IMG/VR virus record: IMGVR_UViG_3300009093_000034
Coordinates: 124,001 to 188,000 of that record
Reading direction: 5' to 3' (one strand)
DNA: 64,000 nt
A program made the translations under genes and the position numbers. Numbering within the stretch: the stretch's first letter is position 1; every line of letters begins with the position of its first letter. The notes under the pieces are model-generated. The model searched no databases and was not told the DNA's origin. It saw nothing but the letters and a program-made list of their open reading frames with translations. This document shows positions 17,097 to 25,578 of this stretch, one piece after another.

Positions 17097-17495
17097 GCCA
17101 ATCACGAGCCCATCCTCGTGTGAGGTAACTATTTGATATAACTGAGTGTCTGGTGGGAGAACTAGGGAGTAACTGTGTCAGTTGTGGTAAAACCTAGAGG
17201 ACGCCTTCGCTGTTGATTTAAGCGAAGATTTTCGACGACAATAGTGTGGAGTGGCTCGGACCCGTTGAAGCGCTGTCAGGTAGAGAACAGTTCTGCTCAA
17301 AATAATATGTCGCAACTGTGGCCGAACGCCTGGGTACCATTGGTTTACATGCAGTAAGGTGCTGACCCGTTCCCGATAATGTAGTAGGGATCGAAAAAAG
17401 TGGGATAGGGGTGAATAGGACGTCTCGTCATGACTGAGACGGGGATCGCAATACGGAGGAAGTTTTTGGCCCGGGCCGACAGCCGTGCGATCCTT
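17097..17495 (+). ncRNA. Large orphan structured RNA
   Basis: Hairpins CACGAG/CTCGTG, CTTCGCT/AGCGAAG, CGTCTC/GAGACG, GGATCGCA/TGCGATCC; no ORF on +. Confidence 0.5.
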
Positions 17496-17517
17496 TCTTT
17501 TCTCAACTAACTTTATC

Positions 17518-17982
17518 ATGAATGACGAACTTGACATCCCAGACATTGCACTAAAGATGAGTGGAAGCCTTAGGCTCTTCCTTAAGAAGAACCTTAATGG
17601 ACCAGTGTACACTCAGGCCCTTCAAAATCCTATCATCAGGAACTTGCTCTCCCCAGAAGCTCTGGCGTTTGCTTTGGCAGATGCTCTTGAGTCAATGAAA
17701 GAATCGGTAGAACCTTCTAAACATTGGTTGTCTCTTCAGGAGCACGAAGAGAAGGTCGAGCCTTATCAAGACAAGTTCATGAGTGAGTTCATCTCTCTTC
17801 CAAACGGAGAGTATGAAGGTGAGATGTCCGGTCACACCATCACTCTTTTTCAAACCAATCAAACGATTCACTCTGATATCGGAATCAGATGTATGCACTG
17901 TCCTATTTTGATCGTCGTAGAAGATGGTCAAGTTATCGGTTGGTGCCAAGCAAGAGAAGGTTCTTGCTCAGATCCAGAATAA
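17518..17982 (+). CDS. Hypothetical protein
   Basis: ATG 5 nt after ACTAACT. Confidence 0.6.
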   Translation: MNDELDIPDIALKMSGSLRLFLKKNLNGPVYTQALQNPIIRNLLSPEALAFALADALESMKESVEPSKHWLSLQEHEEKVEPYQDKFMSEFISLPNGEYEGEMSGHTITLFQTNQTIHSDIGIRCMHCPILIVVEDGQVIGWCQAREGSCSDPE

Positions 17983-17990
17983 GGAAAAAC

Positions 17991-18458
17991 ATGACAACCC
18001 CTCTTCCTCCAGTCAATCCTATGGTTGACACCCCTGTGAAAGACCAGATTCAAGCTCTTGAGTTGCTCTTGAGAGGTTACGGACCTCTGAAGCGTAATCT
18101 CAGTCTTCACTTGTCTACTCCTGAGAAGATCCTTAGTCATCTTCATCAGCACATCTCAACCCACAAGTGGTTGATCAATGAGAAGATCCCTTTCGAGATC
18201 ACTCTTGAGCAGGCCTTGTTCTCTTGGTATGAGAACGTTTATCTTCCCATGGATGCTGCTATCCTTAAGGCTCGTGCTTACAGCAAGATGCCTAGCTGGT
18301 CAGGTTTGGCCATCTTCAATGCCGTGAGCGATGAGTATTGGTGGAGATCATCTGGACGAACCATTTACATCGACCCTGTTTACGCCGTTTATGGCGTGTT
18401 GAAGAACAAGGCTAAGCATTGGTGGGACCGAGCTTGGGCCTCTGTTCTAGATCGTTAA
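17991..18458 (+). CDS. DUF4032-like protein
   Basis: HKWLINEKIPFEITLEQALFSWYENVYLPM resembles the DUF4032 core as recalled from spirochaete proteins. Confidence 0.55.
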   Translation: MTTPLPPVNPMVDTPVKDQIQALELLLRGYGPLKRNLSLHLSTPEKILSHLHQHISTHKWLINEKIPFEITLEQALFSWYENVYLPMDAAILKARAYSKMPSWSGLAIFNAVSDEYWWRSSGRTIYIDPVYAVYGVLKNKAKHWWDRAWASVLDR

Positions 18459-18477
18459 GATCTAAGGAAGGTCTAAA

Positions 18478-18765
18478 ATGAATGACCGAATCAGACAACT
18501 ACAAGAACAAATCGAGTTTGAAAAACGACAGATCCAGAACTGCAAACATGAGTTTGGAGATGCCTATAGCAACCCAGAGATCGTCAGCGAACCTACCGGT
18601 TTTAGAACTGTAGTTCAAGGTTCGGACATCTGGTCGGAAGCTACAGACTATCGAGATGTTCAGAAACCTAGATGGACTAGAAAGTGCAAAAAGTGTGGTT
18701 TTGAACAACACACTAAAACCACAAAACCTGTGATCAAAGAATACGTTCCTGACTTTAGGGACTAA
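18478..18765 (+). CDS. Hypothetical protein (CKHEF..CKKC)
   Basis: RBS AAGGAAGG. Confidence 0.65.
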   Translation: MNDRIRQLQEQIEFEKRQIQNCKHEFGDAYSNPEIVSEPTGFRTVVQGSDIWSEATDYRDVQKPRWTRKCKKCGFEQHTKTTKPVIKEYVPDFRD

Positions 18766-18775
18766 GTGTTATACT

Positions 18776-19060
18776 ATGGATGAGTTAGAGTCTGTTGATG
18801 GCATCGTTCGTTTCCACGAAATGATGTTCATTCAACGAGGACCAGACGGAAAGATTGAAAAACTCTTTGACTATCAGAAGAATGAGATCCCGGTCTCGAC
18901 TCTGTTCAAGTCCTATCTATCTGTCTCGTCTGAGAACGGCCTAACTTACAAGGGAGAGTTCATTCCCTTGGAGAATGCCATTGACCTTGGAAAGAAGAGA
19001 GCGCTTGGTTATCAAAGGCGAACGAATCTGAAAGGGCACAAACGTGAGGAATATCTTTGA
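18776..19060 (+). CDS. Hypothetical protein
   Basis: Packed ORF. Confidence 0.55.
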   Translation: MDELESVDGIVRFHEMMFIQRGPDGKIEKLFDYQKNEIPVSTLFKSYLSVSSENGLTYKGEFIPLENAIDLGKKRALGYQRRTNLKGHKREEYL

Positions 19061-19398
19061 TCAACGCGAGAGAAGCACGAAAGATCGTAGACGACAGCAT
19101 GTCTGTTGTCAAACCTGTCTTGGACGAGTTAGATCTAGCCATCCAAAACCAAGCCGAAGCCGGAGCTACAGAACTCATCTGTACCCAAGAAGGTCTCTTC
19201 GAGACCATTCCTGTTGGGGAAGAGAGTGGCTATCCAATCCCAGAACTTGTTGAAAAGATTGGTTCTGTTCTTGGAAGTTTTGGCTACAAGACCGTTTATA
19301 AGGCTGTAGGAAAACCTTACACACTCCCCAGTGAGAGAAACGAAGATGGCACAGGCGGTACTGAGTATCGTCGTTGGGCTCTCGTTATTAACTGGTAA
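19057..19398 (+). CDS. Hypothetical protein
   Basis: RBS GAGGA. Confidence 0.6.
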   Translation: MINAREARKIVDDSMSVVKPVLDELDLAIQNQAEAGATELICTQEGLFETIPVGEESGYPIPELVEKIGSVLGSFGYKTVYKAVGKPYTLPSERNEDGTGGTEYRRWALVINW

Positions 19399-19421
19399 AA
19401 ATTTACTTAAAAGGATCTCCT

Positions 19422-20558
19422 GTGAAGATCATCAAGACTAGCAACACCTATAGCATCTTCTCAGGCGAGAGCCTTGAAGTCCATGACACAGTTCCGGTGG
19501 GAACTTATCAAGTAGACTACAACCTCTTGAAGGGTCTTCATCTTAAGAAGATCCAAGATCTTGTAGCAGGCGAAGAAAAGGTCTATGGAGAAAGTACCAA
19601 GAAGGTTGACAAGATCATGGCGGCTTGGCCTCTCATGAACAGGAATCTTGGTATTTTATTGTCTGGTGGAAAGGGCCATGGAAAGTCTTTGATGATGCGA
19701 CAGCTCTCTGAAAGAGCTAGAGCCATTGGTCTCCCTATCATCTTGATCAACACTCCATACAACGGACTTGTTGATTTTCTCAATAGCATCGAACAAGAAG
19801 TTGTTTTTGCCTTTGATGAGTTTGAGAAGGTTTTCCCAAAGAACTTAGATGAGAAAGATTCTGGAGATGATACGGCTCAAGCGCAATCTCCTCTTCTTAG
19901 CTTGTTTGATGGAACTTCTTCTAACAAAAGAATGTTCATCGCTACGATTAACGATCTTTGGGATCTCAGCTCGTTCTTCAAGAACAGACCTGGTAGATTC
20001 CACTATCACATAAGATTCACCAGTCCTAAGTTCGACGAGATTAAAGAGTATCTTCAGGACAACATGGTCCAAAGACAGGATGAGATCGACGTCATTGCTG
20101 ACTTCTTGAGCACCATCTCAAGTTCTTTTGACATCCTTAGAGCTATTGTCTTTGAACTTAATCTTCGAGATGATTCCTTTGAAGAGATCCTCAAGGACTT
20201 GAACATCATGAGTTCTGAGACTCCTATGTTCGAGGTACTTTTCTACTTCAAGGACAACAAGACTGGTCACTCCTTTGTCAAGGAACAACATCTTCAACTT
20301 GCTTTGTGGAGAAATCTTCCTTCTATCTCTGTGAACTTGAACTTCAAAGAAGAATCCATGAGCAATGTCAACGATTGGGTTTATCTTGATGTTGACTTTA
20401 ACAAAAAGACCAGAGCAAAGAATGGAGCGTTTGAGATCCCTGGTTCTGCTGCATCCATCTTAGATGATGATGACAAGAAGAGATACTCTGTCGAGAAGAT
20501 CACTGTTCTTCCTCAAGACAACTCTCATTCCTTCTTTTTTCACAAAGATGCTCTCTGA
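19422..20558 (+). CDS. AAA+ ATPase
   Basis: Walker A GGKGHGKS, Walker B FAFDEFEK, NRPGRFHY. Confidence 0.9.
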   Translation: MKIIKTSNTYSIFSGESLEVHDTVPVGTYQVDYNLLKGLHLKKIQDLVAGEEKVYGESTKKVDKIMAAWPLMNRNLGILLSGGKGHGKSLMMRQLSERARAIGLPIILINTPYNGLVDFLNSIEQEVVFAFDEFEKVFPKNLDEKDSGDDTAQAQSPLLSLFDGTSSNKRMFIATINDLWDLSSFFKNRPGRFHYHIRFTSPKFDEIKEYLQDNMVQRQDEIDVIADFLSTISSSFDILRAIVFELNLRDDSFEEILKDLNIMSSETPMFEVLFYFKDNKTGHSFVKEQHLQLALWRNLPSISVNLNFKEESMSNVNDWVYLDVDFNKKTRAKNGAFEIPGSAASILDDDDKKRYSVEKITVLPQDNSHSFFFHKDAL

Positions 20559-20640
20559 TCAATAACTTTTGAGATATTATATCTGCCAAGATTGAAGCGC
20601 CAAACACTTCGGAAGAGAACTTAGCGCTTCTTTGGCATAT

Positions 20641-20714
20641 GGGTCGTTAAGCCAGTGGACTAGACGTTCTCGCTTCGAACGAGAAAGACGGGGGTTCGAA
20701 TCCCTCACGACTCA
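20641..20714 (+). tRNA. tRNA-Arg(TCG)
   Basis: TCTCG-CT-TCG-AA-CGAGA. Confidence 0.88.
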
Positions 20715-20715
20715 G

Positions 20716-20787
20716 AACAGGATAGTGTTTAACGGTAGCGCGGCGGCCTTCGGGACGAAAGTAGTGGTTCGAATCCACTTCCTGGGC
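20716..20787 (+). pseudogene. Degenerate tRNA-Pro(CGG)-like
   Basis: Intact T arm and D loop, 5-bp acceptor, broken anticodon stem around TT-CGG-GA. Confidence 0.5.
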
Positions 20788-20994
20788 AGAAAAGATAGTT
20801 CGGTTAACGGTGTTGGTCTTTACTACTGTCGGGATCCTCTCCCTTATGAGTGTAAAGAGCTGATCCGACCAGGCGAGCAGTGCGAGAAGGAAAAACAGGC
20901 GTTACAGAGATGGATGTGACGTCAATGCCTGATCATCGCGTCGCGTACTTGAGGGACAATAACCTGACAAAACCCTCAGGATCTACTTTTTCAC

Positions 20995-21068
20995 AGGTCA
21001 ATCGTCTAAGTTAGGACGCAGGAGCTTCCGTGCCACCCTGAGTATGGGTTCAAGTCCCATGAGACCTA
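20995..21068 (+). pseudogene. Degenerate tRNA (Gly-TCC-like) with 14-nt anticodon loop
   Basis: D arm TCGTCTAAGTTAGGAC, perfect T arm, CAGG/CCTG stem. Confidence 0.5.
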
Positions 21069-21226
21069 AACGGAACAGGTCGGTTAATAACGACGTTGAA
21101 GAATAGTCCTTCACGCCAGCTTGCTGGAAGGGTATTAAGGGCGAGTAAGCAACGGAGTAGGCCAGCGGACGAATATCCGCCAATGGAGGTAATCAACCCT
21201 CCCCTATAAGTTCCACTTTTTATATT

Positions 21227-21375
21227 GGATATGTGGCGAAACTAGTAACCGCGCTGGCCTGGAGGGGAACTTGATTACACACCCTCGGAATCTGGCGCTC
21301 GGTCGGTGAGCGAAATCAAGTAGCAAGATCCGTAAATAGACTCCGAGCTTGTAGGTGCGACTCCTATCATATTCA
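21227..21375 (+). ncRNA. tRNA-Leu-like shell with ~90-nt pseudoknotted insertion
   Basis: GGATATG/CATATTC-A, Leu/Ser-type D arm, T arm; ACTTGATT pairs with downstream AATCAAGT. Confidence 0.65.
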
Positions 21376-21486
21376 AAAGAGGAAGCAATTCCTGACTTCT
21401 ACGGAACGTCAGGTGGAAAACTCTTTGCTATACACCCAGCTAATAACTGGCACGCGGATGGTTCACTGAAGTTTCAGTCCGCACAT

Positions 21487-21558
21487 GCCTCTGTCGTCTA
21501 CAGGAAGGATCCCTGGTTTTCACCCAGGCGGACGTCGGTTCGAATCCGGCCAGAGGTA
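21487..21558 (+). tRNA. tRNA-Glu(TTC)
   Basis: CCTGG-TT-TTC-AC-CCAGG. Confidence 0.9.
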
Positions 21559-21631
21559 TAATTGGTCATTCGATCAAAACAAGGATCTTTTTGCTACCTT
21601 AGGACCGTTTGGTACGCAAAAGGAGAATTTT

Positions 21632-22273
21632 ATGATAGAGTATCCATCAATCATCAACAGCTCAAAAGCACCTCGTCAATCGATGATTGCGTTTGAGAAG
21701 TTGGACGGGAGTAACATCCGAGTCAAGTACACAGCTAAGAGAGGATTTGATCTCTTCGGAAGTCGAACTCAACTATTGGATGAAACTCATCCGATTCTTG
21801 GTGGTGTAGTCAAAGTCTTCAACGAGACCTGTAAGGAAGCGTTGGAAGAGTACTTCAGGAAGTACTACTCAAAGGAACGAGAGATCGAAGTCTTCGGAGA
21901 GTACGTCGGGCCTAACTCGTTTGCAGGCTTCCACTCGGATCCTGTTGACAAGATGAAGTTCGTGCTGTTTGACGTTATGATGATCCGTAAGGGTTATAAT
22001 GAGTTCTTGCTTCCGCAGGAGTTCATCAAGCTAGCGGAGCGTAACGCATCAGTTCCAGTCCCTAGAGTGATCTACGAAGGTAATCTTACCGACGATTTCA
22101 TCTCAAGAGTCCGTGCTGACGAGTTTGGAACATTCGAAGGTGTGGTCTGTAAGGGAAAGCAAGGACTCGGTTCTTTCCGAGGGAAAGTTTGGATGTGCAA
22201 GATCAAAACGAATGCATATCTAGAACTTCTCAAAGAAAAGAAAGGCGCAGACTGGGTTAAGTTTGCAGAGTAA
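21632..22273 (+). CDS. RNA ligase (Rnl2-like nucleotidyltransferase)
   Basis: Motif I EKLDGSNIR, FGE, FDV, EGVVCK, CKIK; RBS AAGGAG. Confidence 0.85.
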   Translation: MIEYPSIINSSKAPRQSMIAFEKLDGSNIRVKYTAKRGFDLFGSRTQLLDETHPILGGVVKVFNETCKEALEEYFRKYYSKEREIEVFGEYVGPNSFAGFHSDPVDKMKFVLFDVMMIRKGYNEFLLPQEFIKLAERNASVPVPRVIYEGNLTDDFISRVRADEFGTFEGVVCKGKQGLGSFRGKVWMCKIKTNAYLELLKEKKGADWVKFAE

Positions 22274-22279
22274 GACACG

Positions 22280-22431
22280 AACAGACTTAGTGATTTGACG
22301 ACGAGTCCGGTGGAGTTGCGCCGGTATCACGCAGGACGGAAAAGGTCACCAGGGCTAGTGCTGATCTCCTAAGCTATACTAGGCACCGAATCGCTCCAAG
22401 CCACGCAATTGGCGAAGCCTGTAAGTCTGTT
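22280..22431 (+). ncRNA. Orphan structured RNA
   Basis: 10-bp closing stem AACAGACTTA/TAAGTCTGTT. Confidence 0.5.
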
Positions 22432-22451
22432 TATTTTCAAAGAGGTCCAAA

Positions 22452-22670
22452 ATGACTACCATGGTTGTACATGTTTCTACCCGATCAGGGTTTAACATTG
22501 ATCATGAGATCTGTGTTCGTGACTTTGATGAAACAAAAGAGAAAGTTTCTGACATGCTCTCTAGAGAGTTCCCTTCTAAAAAGAACGTGACAATCCAGAG
22601 TTTCTCTTTAGACTATCTTAGAAAGAATCAACCTACTCTCGCGGTAGAGGATCTGTATCCTACAGCATAA
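22452..22670 (+). CDS. Hypothetical protein
   Basis: RBS AGAGGT. Confidence 0.6.
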   Translation: MTTMVVHVSTRSGFNIDHEICVRDFDETKEKVSDMLSREFPSKKNVTIQSFSLDYLRKNQPTLAVEDLYPTA

Positions 22671-22677
22671 ATTTCAT

Positions 22678-22748
22678 TCCTGCTCTTCAAGGGAAGGTTC
22701 ACCTTAAGTGCACTTAGGTGATGGCCGGTTCGATTCCGGAGGCGGGAG
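22678..22748 (+). pseudogene. Atypical tRNA-like element with extended anticodon stem (TGCA loop)
   Basis: TCCTGCT/GGCGGGA, T arm, CACCT..AGGTG enclosing 11 nt. Confidence 0.5.
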
Positions 22749-22753
22749 TCTTT

Positions 22754-22842
22754 TGGGGTGCTTTTGGGAGGGAAACACGGTTCGAGTCCGTGGATGCTGG
22801 GTGCGGCGACGGCCACCGGGGGTTCGATTCCCCTCACCTCAA
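22754..22842 (+). tRNA. Atypical tRNA (Ser-CGA-like) whose anticodon loop is T-loop-like
   Basis: TGGGGTG/CACCTCA, CACGG-TTCGAGT-CCGTG, 25-nt variable arm, T arm. Confidence 0.5.
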
Positions 22843-22930
22843 TACAAAATACTCTAGTTTTCTTACCTGTTAAATCTTAAACTAATCTCCGTTAGGAGAA
22901 AAATTAGGAATTACCAGGAGGTAATGATAT

Positions 22931-23926
22931 ATGCAAGATACTAGAGGCAACAAGAATCCTCTCGTAGGCTGGATCACACTAGGAGTAATTGCTCTCCTTG
23001 CTGTAACAGTCGTGTTTTCTTCTTTCTCTGTGATTGGTTCTACCGATCGTGGTGTAAAGATCCGATTGGGTGCTATTCAAACTGACCAAGGAGTTCTTCC
23101 TTCAGGTCTCGTCTGGAAGATCCCTTTCATCGAAGACGTAAGAACGATTTCGATGTTGCCTCAAGAGATCGATGTCTCGATCAAGGTCGATGATGATGGT
23201 GCAATCACTAAGGATAACCAGACCATCGGCATGGGATTGACAGTGTTCTATACTTACAAGCCTGAAGGGGTCGTTCAGATCCTGAAAGATTTGTCAGTAG
23301 AAAAAGTTGCCAGCTTGGTACAGTCAGGTATGGTTCAGGACGTTAAGCAGGTTCATGGTGGGTACTCGATCTACGATATCGCCCAGAACCAAGCAAAGCT
23401 CCAACAGGAATCCATGGCTTCACTTAAGCAGACGATGTCCGCCTACCCTATCAACGTGACTGAGCTTCGTATCAAGAACTACGATTGGGGAAAAGAGTTT
23501 GACGAGCAGATCAAGACTACGATGTCTAAGGCCCAACAGGTTCTTCAGGCAAAGCAAGACTTGGATCGAAGAACTATCGAACTCCAGAAAGACGTTGCTG
23601 AATCAAGTGCTAAGAAGCAACAAACTGTGTTGGACGCAGAAGCTGCTGCTCAACAGGTTACCATCGCTGCTACTGCAGAGAAGGACGCCGCAAGAGCTAG
23701 AGCTGAAGCTAAGACCATTGAGGGTGAGGCCATACGAAAGTACAACGCCTCTATCGCCCAGAACCTTGATGTTCAACTTGCTTTGAAGAAGTTGGATATC
23801 GAAGCGACCAAAGCTGCTAGATGGGACGGACATAACGTTCCTACGAACAACTACGGTCCAATTCCTGTCCAAACCAACGCTGGCCTTGCTGGTGTGAAAG
23901 TGGACGACGTTTCGAGTCAGAAGTAA
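22931..23926 (+). CDS. SPFH/band-7 (prohibitin-like) membrane protein
   Basis: N-terminal TM, GVKIRLGAI..GLVWKIPFIEDV, C-terminal coiled coil. Confidence 0.88.
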   Translation: MQDTRGNKNPLVGWITLGVIALLAVTVVFSSFSVIGSTDRGVKIRLGAIQTDQGVLPSGLVWKIPFIEDVRTISMLPQEIDVSIKVDDDGAITKDNQTIGMGLTVFYTYKPEGVVQILKDLSVEKVASLVQSGMVQDVKQVHGGYSIYDIAQNQAKLQQESMASLKQTMSAYPINVTELRIKNYDWGKEFDEQIKTTMSKAQQVLQAKQDLDRRTIELQKDVAESSAKKQQTVLDAEAAAQQVTIAATAEKDAARARAEAKTIEGEAIRKYNASIAQNLDVQLALKKLDIEATKAARWDGHNVPTNNYGPIPVQTNAGLAGVKVDDVSSQK

Positions 23927-23966
23927 GAGTTTGGGGGGCTTCGGCCCCCAAATTCAAATTCAACAT

Positions 23967-24129
23967 GGAGTCCGAACCCCAACAAATCAGAGCAAGGGTG
24001 AAGGATCGTTGACCTTATCGTGGAACGTAACGGTGAACAGGGCTTCCCAGGCTGGCCAGTAATGGGAATACAACTAACGTAACTAAGTAAGCGCACGAGG
24101 CGTGTGGGTGCAACTCCCACTGGACTCCC
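23967..24129 (+). ncRNA. tRNA-shelled RNA (8/5 acceptor-T geometry) with ~130-nt insertion
   Basis: GGAGTCCG/TGGACTCC plus T arm GTGGG-TGCAACT-CCCAC. Confidence 0.6.
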
Positions 24130-24157
24130 TTTTATACTAAAATGTAGTAGGTAATTC

Positions 24158-24625
24158 ATGGATCATCCTTACGGCTTCTATATCACAGAAGAAAATGAGA
24201 TATTAAGCTTTGATGAGGAAGACTACAAGTTTCCCATCTCCAGAGTAGACAAAATGTCTCACCCTGGAAGAATCTATACAGGAGAGAACATGCACAGTGC
24301 TGTTTATTGCCCTTCGTGTAATCGAAGGCACACCAAGGCCGATGCTCGTCGAGCCCGCGGAACGATTTTTGTTCCTTGCTCTTGCGGAAGTCACTTCGAC
24401 TTCTACAATCAGAACCTGATCAACACGGTGCTTGCCGTCGAGTTGATGCAGCTGGCTATGGACACGAGTCCTTTCACGGATTTCTCGACTCCTAGCTTCG
24501 ACCCCAGTCCCAGCTACGATTCTTCGCCGAGCTATGACTCGTCACCGAGTTTCGATAGCTCTCCCAGCTTTGATTCGAGTCCTTCGTTCGACTCGAGTTC
24601 GAGCTTCGATTCCAGTTCTTTTTGA
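24158..24625 (+). CDS. Zn-finger-like protein with C-terminal PS(Y/F)DSS hexapeptide repeats
   Basis: CPSC..CSCG; 6-7 repeats encoded by varied codons. Confidence 0.7.
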   Translation: MDHPYGFYITEENEILSFDEEDYKFPISRVDKMSHPGRIYTGENMHSAVYCPSCNRRHTKADARRARGTIFVPCSCGSHFDFYNQNLINTVLAVELMQLAMDTSPFTDFSTPSFDPSPSYDSSPSYDSSPSFDSSPSFDSSPSFDSSSSFDSSSF

Positions 24626-24630
24626 TCAAT

Positions 24631-24880
24631 AAGACTTAGTTCGCCCTGTCGCTGGAGCCTGCAGGTCAGTGCCTCCAGAGGAAGTTCGCGGCGCCAAAAC
24701 CTACCGTGGGAGACCTAATCCGTCGTTATCACCACGTAAGGCGCAACCTAAACAGCTTGAGGGTGTCGGTTTCCCTTTGAGAGCGGGTTAGGGCAGCCAG
24801 AGAAGGCCATGGACACGAAAGTGTCTGTGAGATAAATGACGATGGGTAGAAACAGAACCGCGGCTATGAGACTAAGTCTT
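24631..24880 (+). ncRNA. rnpB: RNase P RNA (compact bacterial type)
   Basis: P1 AAGACTTAGT/ACTAAGTCTT, P3 CTGGAG/CTCCAG, CR-I GAGGAAGTTCGCGGC, GCGCAAC, P18 GACAC-GAAA-GTGTC, AGATAAATGA, CR-V AAACAGAACCGCGGCTA. Confidence 0.85.
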
Positions 24881-24898
24881 TCTTTTAAGGAAAAGAAA

Positions 24899-25228
24899 AT
24901 GAAATTGTTTGCTATCTTAGCTTTTGCTTTGGCATTGGTGTCGTGCTCTCCTGACAATGATCTGTCTCACGCCACGTATCCTGTTCGAGTTCTTTCAGTG
25001 TTCACTAACACCACAGAAGAAGTCGGATTCAACGGTACCAAGTTTACCAAAACAAACGGTTTTTCTACAGTGATCTATGTGGATGCCACTGGACGATCTT
25101 TCACTATCCAGGACTTTGGCATCCCTCAAGTGACCCCTGGTCAGCAGATCGAACTTCCTAAGGCCGAAAATCAACTTGGCCCAGAACTTCCTCCCCCTGC
25201 CAGTCCTGTTCCTACGAGTCAACCATGA
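24899..25228 (+). CDS. Lipoprotein
   Basis: MKLFAILAFALALVSC lipobox. Confidence 0.75.
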   Translation: MKLFAILAFALALVSCSPDNDLSHATYPVRVLSVFTNTTEEVGFNGTKFTKTNGFSTVIYVDATGRSFTIQDFGIPQVTPGQQIELPKAENQLGPELPPPASPVPTSQP

Positions 25229-25569
25229 CTCCAAGGAGAAACTGCGTAGCCGTCATCCAGGTGATGATGGACATGATCCCAAAAGATCAAACTGAGTTTC
25301 TCAAGGCTCTTCAATGGAACCTTGAAGACGCAGCTTACAAACCTCCTGAAGAGACTCTTCAATGGGAACGAACTGCGTACACTCTTAGCAAGTACATACC
25401 AATCCCTGAACAAGATTGGGAGCTTCAGGTGGTGAGCATCTTTACCACTGAACCTGTCGAAGCTATCAAAGCTAAGGTAGCCGAGTTCTTGAAACTCCAA
25501 CAACAAGGTTGGAAAGAACTCGAAGATGACATCGGAGACAAAATTTCTGATGCAAAGTTACTATTGTAA
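25225..25569 (+). CDS. Hypothetical protein
   Basis: ATGA-coupled. Confidence 0.65.
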   Translation: MTPRRNCVAVIQVMMDMIPKDQTEFLKALQWNLEDAAYKPPEETLQWERTAYTLSKYIPIPEQDWELQVVSIFTTEPVEAIKAKVAEFLKLQQQGWKELEDDIGDKISDAKLLL

Positions 25570-25578
25570 GGAAAGAAA

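Noticed and set aside
24195-24207. TGAGATATT copy inside the 24158 gene counted as a promoter
   Set aside because: Intragenic and not near a gene start; excluded from the motif count, although it could drive rnpB
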